Shown here in pieces: positions 31,918 through 40,961 of a stretch of DNA of 64,000 nt. The stretch comes from Parcubacteria group bacterium M10-OD1-1 (GTDB lineage Bacteria > Patescibacteriota > Minisyncoccia > Moranbacterales > UBA2206). The notes below the pieces were generated by a model, which was not told where the DNA came from, did not search any database, and saw only the letters and a list, made by a program, of their open reading frames with translations. Position 1 is the stretch's first letter. Every line of letters starts with the position of its first letter. The position numbers were made by a program, and so were the translations under genes. Location of the stretch: the NCBI GenBank assembly GCA_003056145.1, contig LSNL01000003.1:73993-137992 (forward strand), written 5' to 3'.

Positions 31918-32448
31918 CTAAAAACCTCTAACTTGAATTTTTTTCGTCTTAGTGTTATCAGCTTTCGGAAGTTTAATAGTTAAGATTCCATTTTTCATAG
32001 AAGCTTCTGTTTTATCAGTTAAAACATCAACAGGCAAAATTACTGATCTAGAAAAACCTCCCCAATAGCATTCCTGATAATAATAATTATCTTCGGATAC
32101 TTCTTCCTCTTGCTTTCTTTCTCCACGAATCGTAATCATATCATTATTGATACTTACATCTAAATCTTCAGGCTTAACACCAGCGATAGTTGATTTGATA
32201 ACAATATCACTATCAGTCTGATAAACATCAATAGTTAACTGTCCTTCTCCATCTTCTTGAGGTATTTGAGCAAAAGAATTATTTTCTTGTAAACTAGAAT
32301 TATTAGAAGGACTAATCGTCATTTCCTCCTCCGTTTCTTCGTAGATGTTGCTAATTGGGTTCATTTTTTCAGTTCGAGAAAATTCTTCTTCTTCAATATT
32401 TTTGGAACCAGTTAATTTTTCAAAAAAGGATTTCTTTATTTTAGTCAT
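31918..32448 (-). CDS. Hsp20/alpha-crystallin family small heat-shock protein
   Basis: Alpha-crystallin domain with a C-terminal GILTIKLPK. Confidence 0.8.
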   Translation of the reverse strand: MTKIKKSFFEKLTGSKNIEEEEFSRTEKMNPISNIYEETEEEMTISPSNNSSLQENNSFAQIPQEDGEGQLTIDVYQTDSDIVIKSTIAGVKPEDLDVSINNDMITIRGERKQEEEVSEDNYYYQECYWGGFSRSVILPVDVLTDKTEASMKNGILTIKLPKADNTKTKKIQVRGF

Positions 32449-32488
32449 AGCAATTTTTTTATTTTAGTTAGCTTAGTTAAATTATAAT

Positions 32489-33064
32489 TTAATTATTGTG
32501 AGTTGGCAAGAAGAAAAAAAAATGATTTATCAAGGCTTTTTTAAAAAGAGATAACAAGATAATTGATAAAACGATAAAAATCAATAGATAATTGATTTGA
32601 TAAAAAATAGCTAGATTAAAAAGGAGATGCAATAAAAAAATTGCAAGAAAAATTAAGAAATCAAAGATTAAAATTGGGTGTGATTTTGAGGAAAAATAAT
32701 AACCTAAAATACCTAAGGTAACGGTGTGGATCAATAAAAGCCCCAGATATGGAATAATCAGGGTAAGGGCTAAAGTTAATTGGCTAAAACTATTAAAAAT
32801 TATTTCTACTATTGAAAAACCTAGTCCCATTAGAAGTGTAGTTGAAAAAATATTTTTTGAAAATTGATTATGTCGAGAAATTTTTTTGACAACAATATAT
32901 TTAGAAAATTCTTCAATAAAAACAATAATTAATAAAGAATAAGTTAAGTGATTGATTAAATCAACAGAAATGAGAGAGGGGTCAATAATAGAAAAAATAA
33001 ATTCTAAAATTAAAGCTCCCAAGGCTGTCATAATTCCTAAAAATAAAGCTTTTATTTTTTGCAT
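32489..33064 (-). CDS. Polytopic membrane protein, possibly a PrsW-like protease
   Basis: EEFSKY (EExxK) and HLLFN (HxxxN) motifs in TM helices. Confidence 0.3.
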   Translation of the reverse strand: MQKIKALFLGIMTALGALILEFIFSIIDPSLISVDLINHLTYSLLIIVFIEEFSKYIVVKKISRHNQFSKNIFSTTLLMGLGFSIVEIIFNSFSQLTLALTLIIPYLGLLLIHTVTLGILGYYFSSKSHPILIFDFLIFLAIFLLHLLFNLAIFYQINYLLIFIVLSIILLSLFKKALINHFFFFLPTHNN

Positions 33065-33068
33065 AATC

Positions 33069-34154
33069 TTAATTTTTTAATCTAGCGTTAGCTTTGGTTT
33101 GGAGAGTTTTCCAATTAATTTGAGACTGCTCTTTTTGTTGATTAGTCATATTTTTCCAGCGAAAATAGGAAGCCACTCCAATCATAGTAGCATTATCTCC
33201 GCAATATTGGATAGGAGGAGCTATAAAATGAAGAGTGGAATTTTTTTCTTTTAAGACAGTAGCTAATTGTTTTTGAAGTTCTTGATTGGCTGCTACTCCA
33301 CCGGCCAGTAAAACAGTTTGAGGGCGATATTTTTCAATGGCACGAAGAGTTTTAAAAATCAAAACATCAATAGTAGCTTGTTGAAATTCATTGCATAATT
33401 CATTAATATAATCTTTATTTTTAAGTAAAGTTTTATTTTTTTTTGTTTCATAAAGGACAGCGGTTTTCAACCCAGAAAAAGAAAAGTTCAAATTATCTGA
33501 TCTAATCATCGGTCGAGGGAGAGGAACTTTTAAAAATTGATAATGAGCTGTTGGCTGTGATTTGAAGAGGCGAGCTTTTTCAGCAATTAATGGTCCTCCA
33601 GGATAGCCTAAGCTTAGAATTCTAGCTACTTTATCAAAAGCTTCACCAACAGCGTCATCTAATGTTTCTCCAATAATCTGATAATCTAAATGTTTTTTCA
33701 TAAAAACCAATTGAGTATGCCCGCCAGAAACTACTAAACTAAGGAGAGGAAAGTTTATTTTTTGAGAATTTAAATTTAGATCTATAAAATTAGCATAAAT
33801 ATGACCTTCAAGATGATGAATACCAATAAGTGGTTTTTGCCACAAATAAGCTAATGTTTTAGCAACACTAGTTCCAATTAACAAAGCTGGTATTAATCCT
33901 GGTTGGTTAGTAACTGAAAGAAAATTAATTTCTTTTGGTTGAACTTTAGCTTCTTGAAGAGCTTGTTTAATAACGGGCAAGATATTTTTTAAGTGTTCTC
34001 TGGCTGCGAGATTGGGGACAACACCACCCCATTTAGCATGAATTTTAACTTGAGAAGAAACTATATTAGATAATATCGAAAAAGAACCATTCTCATATTT
34101 TAGAACGGCACAAGCAGTTTCATCACAAGATGTTTCAAGGCTAAATATAATCAT
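33069..34154 (-). CDS. tsaD: tRNA N6-adenosine threonylcarbamoyltransferase TsaD
   Basis: SCDETA and HHLEGH motifs. Confidence 0.9.
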   Translation of the reverse strand: MIIFSLETSCDETACAVLKYENGSFSILSNIVSSQVKIHAKWGGVVPNLAAREHLKNILPVIKQALQEAKVQPKEINFLSVTNQPGLIPALLIGTSVAKTLAYLWQKPLIGIHHLEGHIYANFIDLNLNSQKINFPLLSLVVSGGHTQLVFMKKHLDYQIIGETLDDAVGEAFDKVARILSLGYPGGPLIAEKARLFKSQPTAHYQFLKVPLPRPMIRSDNLNFSFSGLKTAVLYETKKNKTLLKNKDYINELCNEFQQATIDVLIFKTLRAIEKYRPQTVLLAGGVAANQELQKQLATVLKEKNSTLHFIAPPIQYCGDNATMIGVASYFRWKNMTNQQKEQSQINWKTLQTKANARLKN

Positions 34155-34418
34155 TGAATTTGCAATTTCTTTTTTTAAATATAGCTCAATGTGGTATAAT
34201 TTGCAAAAAATAATTTAATAGTTGATAACGAAGTTTTTTATATGAAAATATTTATTAGTTCTGTATTTTTAGATAATAAATTTAATTATCTATACTATTA
34301 TAAAAATGCTATATATTACTATTAGCCATTGACTTTTTTGTAGTTTTGGTATAATCTGACGAGAAGTGTTTTTTAACAATTCAGAAAAATACATAAATTT
34401 AGTGAGGGAGGACAATGA

Positions 34419-35052
34419 TATGAAAAACATTTTATGCTGGTCAATTTTCGGTATTGTTTTTTTGGTACTCTCAGTTAGCGCGATAGGAGGGGAAATTCCT
34501 AACGGTTTTTATTTATACAAAATAAAAAAAGGTGATCTCTTAGGCAATCTTGCCCTTCCAAGAAATTGGGATGAAATTATGAGGATTAATCGAGTTGATT
34601 CACGACATTTGAGGATTGGGGAAATGATTTTGCTTCCAGTTAATCCGAACCGTATTCCCTATTTTTGCCCAGTGCCGAAAAATATTAAAACAGCTAAAAA
34701 AATATCACAAACAATCTATATATTTTTAGATATCCAATATTTCGGAGCATACAAATATGGGAAACTGTTATTCTGGGGGCCTATTTCTTCTGGGAAGGGC
34801 GGTATTCACCAAACACCAACGGGGCTGTTTTATATCCGATGGAAAGCAAAAAAATATTTTTCTCATAGTCAAGAGTGTTATGGAGCTCCTATGCCATACG
34901 CACTAAATTTATCAAATACAGGCTATTTTTTGCATGAACAAGTTATGCCTGGAAAACCAGCTTCACATGGGTGCATAAGATTGTTACGAATAGATGCAAA
35001 AAAATTATTCTTTTGGTCCAAGATAAGTGACCTGGTGGCTATTGTAAAATGA
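34419..35052 (+). CDS. LysM-domain L,D-transpeptidase (YkuD family)
   Basis: Signal peptide. LysM-like YKIKKGDLLGNLA...LLP. Catalytic HGCIRL. Start chosen at the ATG preceded by a GGGAGG RBS; the ORF track's 34366 start lacks an RBS. Confidence 0.75.
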
Positions 35053-35219
35053 TTGACGGGAATTATCCTTTTAGGATAATTCCCACTTTTTTTTATTGCT
35101 TTTAATTGAAGAAAAGATTATATCGGCAAATTAAAAATTAATGTTGTGATTATTATTTGTCAAAATATTTAAATGGAATACTCACTTAAAATATAAAAGT
35201 ATTACTTATAAGTAAGCCA

Positions 35220-35820
35220 ATGTCAGGGGAACATAATAATTTAAGCAATAAAAAAGAACTTTCAGATAATGAGCTGATTATTCTTATCCTTGGAGGAGAT
35301 TCTCGGGGATTTGGCGAGATTATTGAAGGTATCAAGGGAGATTATTCACATGTTTATATCGGTTTATAATGTCTTGTGAAGAAACTGAGGATTTACTTCA
35401 GGATGTGTTTATGGAAGCCTATAAAAACATTCACAGCTATGATATGCAAAAGAAATTCTCATCATGGATTTATAGGATTGCTCACAATGAAGCAGCTAAT
35501 TGCATAAAAAGAAAATCACTTAAAAAATTTATACCTTGGGAAAACATCATCATTTCAAAAGATAAATTAAAAACGTCTAGCGCGGATGAGAAGATGGAAG
35601 ATTCTTAGGAGAAAAGGGAAATTGGCGAGAAGATTGATGTAGCTATTAAAAAACTCTCCCTTAAATATAGGCAAGTTTTAATTTTGAAGTATTATGCAGA
35701 TAAATCTTATGGTGAAATAAGTGAAATAATAAATCGTCTGATAAATACAGTAGGAACCTTAATTAGTAGGGCTAAGAAAAAAATATCAATTAAAATAGAA
35801 AAATTGAAGAAGTCATAAAG
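35220..35820 (+). pseudogene. ECF (sigma-70 family) sigma factor disrupted by a stop and two frameshifts
   Basis: Region 2 N-terminus (LIILILGGDSRGF...YSHVY) at 35220-35369 in frame 3 ends in TAA. Region 2 continues (DLLQDVFMEAYKNIHSYD...WIYRIAHNEAANCI) at 35369-35608 in frame 2. Region 4 (YRQVLILKYYADKSYGEISEII) at 35610-35820 is back in frame 3. Confidence 0.6.
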
Positions 35821-36066
35821 TCAACCATTTGTTAAGTGATTAAGATGAATGGTGATAATTTAAGTATGAGGAAGAGGGTGATAAAATTTTAATGATAAAG
35901 AGATTAAGATAAATGAAAAAATTTTTCGTATTAGTTGGATCAATTGTTGCAGTGGCTGTTGATTTTTTTAGGAGAGTGTGTTAGAATTTTTTTGAAGATT
36001 TAGAAAAGATGTCTTTCCTAGGCACCTTATTTGTTTTAAAAATAAATTCAAGTCTTGTTTATTTAT

Positions 36067-36142
36067 GCCGCGTTCGTCTAGTCTGGTCCAGGACGCCAGG
36101 TTTTCATCCTGGAAATCAGGGGTTCGAATCCCCTACGCGGTA
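36067..36142 (+). tRNA. tRNA-Glu (anticodon UUC); CCA not encoded
   Basis: Cloverleaf by hand: acceptor GCCGCGT/ACGCGGT, anticodon stem CCAGG/CCTGG with loop TTTTCAT, T arm AGGGGTTCGAATCCCCT. Close to E. coli tRNA-Glu. Confidence 0.85.
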
Positions 36143-36149
36143 CTAAAAG

Positions 36150-36176
36150 TTAAAAAATCCTCCTCCTGGGAGGTTT
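36150..36176 (+). terminator. Intrinsic terminator after tRNA-Glu (cctcc-tcctg-ggagg + T6)
   Basis: Read from the sequence. Confidence 0.45.
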
Positions 36177-36345
36177 TTTGATTGCTTAAATTAGCTATTA
36201 GTTAAGGAAGCTAATGAATAATTTTCTTAAGAATATATATTCATTACATCAAAATTAGGTAAAAACTTTATAAAGCCTTTAGAATACCAAAAATTTCACA
36301 ATATAGTTTTTGTAATTTATTTTTCTTTGTATTACAATTATAATC

Positions 36346-36948
36346 ATGGAACAAACAGGGCATTATATTTTTGAATTTATGAAACATTACGGATATTTTG
36401 TAATGCTTCCACTTATGATTATTGAAGGTCCAGTAGCGACTATTATCGCTGCGACTTTAGCGGCACTTGGAGCTTTTAATGTATTCATCGTGCTTATTTT
36501 TTCGATTTTTGGCGATGTTGTGGGCGATGTAGCTTTATATAGTCTAGGATATAAATGGGGAATGGGCTTTGTGCGACGGGTTGGAAAATATATAGGCATA
36601 ACAGAAAAGTTGGTTTTAAAGATGGAAAAATATTTTGAAAATCATGGAGGAAAAACTATTTTTGCTGTTAAATCAACAACTGGTCTTTGCTGGGCGGCTT
36701 TTAGTGCAGCGGGAATTGTGAAGATGAATTTTAGAAAATTTATAGCATATTCTATTTTAGGCGGGGTTGTTTGGAGTAGTTTTTTAGTAGCGATGGGATA
36801 TTTTTATGGATACTTATGGAAAGAAATAAGTCAATATATAAATTGGATCGGGTGGGTAATCGGAGGTGTTACAGCAGCTTCTTATATGCTTATAATATTA
36901 TTCAAGAAGAAAAAATTAAAAAACATCTTAATCAATAATGAAAAGTAG
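36346..36948 (+). CDS. DedA/TVP38 family membrane protein
   Basis: Characteristic N-terminus: YGYFVMLPLMIIEGPV...G. Confidence 0.7.
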   Translation: MEQTGHYIFEFMKHYGYFVMLPLMIIEGPVATIIAATLAALGAFNVFIVLIFSIFGDVVGDVALYSLGYKWGMGFVRRVGKYIGITEKLVLKMEKYFENHGGKTIFAVKSTTGLCWAAFSAAGIVKMNFRKFIAYSILGGVVWSSFLVAMGYFYGYLWKEISQYINWIGWVIGGVTAASYMLIILFKKKKLKNILINNEK

Positions 36949-37108
36949 AAGTTACAAACTTGGAGCAGAGTCGAATAGTTTATTCTATAAATGTGAATAG
37001 AAATAATATTAGATAGGGTGTATTTTTTAGAGTGGAGAGCTTTTTTGCGTCTAATAATAAGGCAAGATTTTTCTTGCTCAAAAACTGAAAAAAGCATAGA
37101 ATTGGGTT

Positions 37109-37951
37109 ATGGTAAATAGAATAAAAAAACTAATAAATGGGACGAGAAACGCTATTTTTACTAATCCTTATGAACTATATAAAAAGGATAAAAAAATTCT
37201 TGATCAACCTTTTTATTTTAAGGGTGATAATCAAAAAGCTATTCTTTTAATTCATGGATGGACATCGGTTCCTTATGAACTTTATCGTTTGGGAATTTAT
37301 TTAAAAGAGAATGGCTATGCAGTTTCAGCACCTCTATTGCCTGGACATGGAACAACACCAAAAAATTTAGAGAATATAAAGTGGTCAGAATGGTTAGTTG
37401 AAATAGAAAAAACCTATTTTGATTTAAAAAAGAGCTACTCAGAAGTTTATGTAATTGGAACTTCTATTGGTTCTAGTTTAGCTTTAATTTTAGCTCAAAA
37501 AAATTCAGATTTAAAAGGCTTAGTCCTTTTGGCTACTCCTTATGAATTTCATTGGGAAGGAATAATAAAGAAGATAATGAAGCTGTTTATTTTATTAGGC
37601 TTTCCCAGCTATGGTCGGAAATGTTATCTTTTTACCAGAAAAAGCATTAGTAAGGTCACTAGGAGAATTGCTTATCAATCTTATCCGATGAAAAGTTTAG
37701 TGGAAGTTTTTTCTTTAGTAGAAGAAAGTCGCAATGTTTTAGCAGACATAAAATGCCCAGTTTTAGTTATGCAATCTATACAAGATTATGTTATTAAAAC
37801 TGATAGTCTTGAAAAAATATATAATTTAATTGGATCGTCACAAAAAGAAAAAAAATATATTCAAAAAGCTTATCATACTTTTATTTCTGATATTGAAAAT
37901 GAAGACGTTTTTAGTGGCATTTTAAAATTTTTAACTAAAATAGAAAAGTAA
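37109..37951 (+). CDS. Alpha/beta-hydrolase esterase/lipase
   Basis: HGWTS oxyanion region and GTSIGS (GxSxG) nucleophile elbow. Confidence 0.7.
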   Translation: MVNRIKKLINGTRNAIFTNPYELYKKDKKILDQPFYFKGDNQKAILLIHGWTSVPYELYRLGIYLKENGYAVSAPLLPGHGTTPKNLENIKWSEWLVEIEKTYFDLKKSYSEVYVIGTSIGSSLALILAQKNSDLKGLVLLATPYEFHWEGIIKKIMKLFILLGFPSYGRKCYLFTRKSISKVTRRIAYQSYPMKSLVEVFSLVEESRNVLADIKCPVLVMQSIQDYVIKTDSLEKIYNLIGSSQKEKKYIQKAYHTFISDIENEDVFSGILKFLTKIEK

Positions 37952-37960
37952 TTACTAATT

Positions 37961-38869
37961 ATGCCTAAAGAAAATACTCATCTTAATTTTGCTTCAGATT
38001 TAGCGGAAAATAATTTTTCGGGAGAGATAAATAAAATTTTAAAAAAATATAAAAAAGAATTTTTATTAGGAAGTGTCTTCCCAGATATTTTTTTCTACGC
38101 TTCTAATTTAAAAATACAAGCTAAGGCAGATTTAATTCATGGTAAAGATGGTAATGAAACTAACCAATGGATTTTCTTTTTATTAGATTTAGCTAAAAAA
38201 AATTCAGATAAAAAAATATTAGCTTTTACCTTTGGAGCCTTGACCCATTTTTCTTTAGATATAAATTTTCATCCAATAATCTATTATTTAGCAGGAAATT
38301 ATTATGACAAAAATAAAAAGAAAAAAGAACAGGCAATTTATCGACATGTTCAATTAGAGACTTTTTTGGATGCCAAAACTAACCAATTCTTTTTAGCTAA
38401 AAAGAATTTAATGAGTCAAAGTTTTCTGAGAGAAGAAAAGGATTTTTTAGCCCAATTAGGAATCTCCTACTTTCAATTAAAAGTAATTTATTCTAAAATG
38501 TTGTGGCTCAATAGAATTCTCTTTAAAAGTAACTTTTTTTATCAGCTGTTTTATTTTTTAGAAAAAATGGGCTTAGTCAAAAAGAGAAATATAGGTTTAT
38601 TTTATAAGAATTTAAAAAGAGATAAAACTATTATTCCTCAAATAGTTAAGTATAAAGATTTAATTTCAGGAGAAGATAGAGTAACTAAGTTAACTGAAAT
38701 TTTTACTCAAGCTCAAATTGAAGCTCAAGAGAAAATAAAAGTAGCTCAGCAATATTTTTTAAATAATCTTTCAAAAAGAGAAGCAAAAGAAATAATTATC
38801 GGTCAGAGTTTAGATACAGGTAAGCTTGGTAAATCGGTTCAAGAGATAAGATTTATCAAAGAAGGTTAA
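37961..38869 (+). CDS. Hypothetical protein with a zinc-dependent phospholipase C-like motif pattern
   Basis: THLNF..., GSVFPD and HFSLDINFHP resemble the PLC Zn ligand blocks. Low certainty. Confidence 0.35.
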   Translation: MPKENTHLNFASDLAENNFSGEINKILKKYKKEFLLGSVFPDIFFYASNLKIQAKADLIHGKDGNETNQWIFFLLDLAKKNSDKKILAFTFGALTHFSLDINFHPIIYYLAGNYYDKNKKKKEQAIYRHVQLETFLDAKTNQFFLAKKNLMSQSFLREEKDFLAQLGISYFQLKVIYSKMLWLNRILFKSNFFYQLFYFLEKMGLVKKRNIGLFYKNLKRDKTIIPQIVKYKDLISGEDRVTKLTEIFTQAQIEAQEKIKVAQQYFLNNLSKREAKEIIIGQSLDTGKLGKSVQEIRFIKEG

Positions 38870-38907
38870 AGATTCTAAAATAAAATTTAAATTTAATTAT
38901 TTTTAAA

Positions 38908-39753
38908 ATGAATATTTGGAAAAAAATTGGTAGAAAATATTTTGTTGATGTAGAAGAAATTAAAAAAAGTTCTAAAGTTTTTAAGAAAATTAAAAAAGAT
39001 GAACATTTATTTAAAGAACCGTTCTATTTCAAAGGTAATAATGGAAAAGCTATCCTGCTTGTACATGGATGGTCATCAGCACCATATTCTATTCGAAAAT
39101 TGGGAGAATATTTAAATAAAAATGGCTATACAGTTTTTGGACCCACCTTAACTGGGCATGGAACTAAGCCAGATGATCTAAAAAATGTTAAAGGAGAAGA
39201 ATGGATTAAGGATGTTAAGTTGGCATATACTAAATTAGCCAAAGAATACGAGAAAGTTTTTATTATTGGTGTCTCAATGGGTGGAAGTTTGGCACTTATC
39301 TTGGCGGAAAATAATCTTCAAATTTCAGGTTTAGTTTTATTAGCAACTCCTTACCGAATGAAATCAGAAAGGCGAATGAAAATAATTTTAATAATTATGA
39401 GCTGGTTTAAGGATTTTTATAAAAAATATTATCCTAAAGAAATTACAAAAATTGGAACTGCTATTACACCGTTTATTTCTTATCAGAGATATTCTGTAAA
39501 AAATATGCAAGAACTTTTAAAGATTGTACAACAAGCAAGAAAAAAAATTTCATTTATCCAACAGCCTTGTTTTATTTTACAAGCCGATAATGATCACTTA
39601 ATTGGAAGGAAAAGTATGAAAAATATTTATCAAAAAATAAATTCTCAAAGTAAACAAATGAAATATGTTTATAACTCTTACCATTCTTTCATTTCTGATT
39701 TAAACAAAACAGAAATTTTTGTTGACATACTAAATTTTATTAATAGTCACTAA
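38908..39753 (+). CDS. Alpha/beta-hydrolase esterase/lipase, paralog of 37109..37951
   Basis: HGWSS and GVSMGGS (GxSxG). Same architecture as the upstream paralog. Confidence 0.7.
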   Translation: MNIWKKIGRKYFVDVEEIKKSSKVFKKIKKDEHLFKEPFYFKGNNGKAILLVHGWSSAPYSIRKLGEYLNKNGYTVFGPTLTGHGTKPDDLKNVKGEEWIKDVKLAYTKLAKEYEKVFIIGVSMGGSLALILAENNLQISGLVLLATPYRMKSERRMKIILIIMSWFKDFYKKYYPKEITKIGTAITPFISYQRYSVKNMQELLKIVQQARKKISFIQQPCFILQADNDHLIGRKSMKNIYQKINSQSKQMKYVYNSYHSFISDLNKTEIFVDILNFINSH

Positions 39754-39761
39754 GTTATTTT

Positions 39762-40931
39762 ATGCGTATTGGAATTTTTACTAATAATTATTTGCCTAAT
39801 CCTTATGGAGTAACTAGCTCGATAGAAAGTTTTAGAGAGGAATTTGAAAAAATGGGACATCAAGTTTATATTTTTGCTCCCAAATGGAAAGGGTATCAAG
39901 ATAAGAATTCCAATATTTTTCGTTATCCCTCGATTGATATTAAAATAAAAATTCGTTTTCCTTTGGCAATTCCCTATTCACGAAAAATGGATAAAATTTT
40001 GAAAAATTTAGATTTAGATATTATCCATGCTCAACATCCTAATTTATTAGGAACAGTTGCAAAAAAATGGGCACACAAAAAAAATATCCCTTTAGTGTTT
40101 ACTTGGCATACATTATATGATAGGTATACTAACTATGTTCCATTCATTCCTAAAAAAATAGTGTCTGCTTGGATTATAAAAAAAGCTAGTCAATACGCTA
40201 ATCAAGCAGATGGGATTGTTGCTCCAACAGATTCTATAGTCCCGATTTTGCGAAAATGGGGAGTAGAAAGTGAGATAAGAGCTATTCCGACTGGAGTAAC
40301 GGAAAAATTTTTTCAAAATCCTCAATCCCAATTAGTAAAAGGAAAATTGGGGATTAAAGAAGATGAATTAGTTCTTTGTTTAGTCTCTAGATTGACGGAA
40401 GAAAAAAATATTGATTTCATTTTTCAAGCAATTATTCCGATTCTCAAAAAAAATAGTAAAATAAAATTTTTAATTGCGGGTAATGGTTATTTGCTTCCTA
40501 AATTAAAACAATATGGCGTGAAAGAAAAGCTTGAAAAACAAATTATTTTTTCTGGAGTGGTGGCAAAAAAAGATTTAAAAAATTATTATCAAGCAGGAGA
40601 TATTTTTCTTTGTGCTTCTCAAACAGAAACTCAAGGGATGATAATCAGTGAGGCGATGTATATGGGATTGCCAATTGTGGCGGTAAAATCAACGGGGATA
40701 AATAGCCTAGTTTTAAATCAGGGGAATGGGTTGCTAGTTCAAGAAAATCAGGGAGAATTCCAACGAGCAGTTGAGAAATTGATTAAAGATAGCGAACTAA
40801 GAAGAAAATTTTCTCAGGTTTCTCGGCAGATTGCGATGGAACATTTTACTGGGCAAGAAAGTGCCTTAAAGATGTTCCAATTTTATAAAGAATTAATCCA
40901 GCATAAGAAGAAACTAAATAAGAATAAATGA
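39762..40931 (+). CDS. GT4-family glycosyltransferase
   Basis: MRIGIFTNNYLP... N-terminus and the C-terminal E-x7-E region typical of GT4. Confidence 0.8.
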   Translation: MRIGIFTNNYLPNPYGVTSSIESFREEFEKMGHQVYIFAPKWKGYQDKNSNIFRYPSIDIKIKIRFPLAIPYSRKMDKILKNLDLDIIHAQHPNLLGTVAKKWAHKKNIPLVFTWHTLYDRYTNYVPFIPKKIVSAWIIKKASQYANQADGIVAPTDSIVPILRKWGVESEIRAIPTGVTEKFFQNPQSQLVKGKLGIKEDELVLCLVSRLTEEKNIDFIFQAIIPILKKNSKIKFLIAGNGYLLPKLKQYGVKEKLEKQIIFSGVVAKKDLKNYYQAGDIFLCASQTETQGMIISEAMYMGLPIVAVKSTGINSLVLNQGNGLLVQENQGEFQRAVEKLIKDSELRRKFSQVSRQIAMEHFTGQESALKMFQFYKELIQHKKKLNKNK

Positions 40932-40961
40932 TTAGAAATTAAAAGTAAACTTTTTAGCTAA

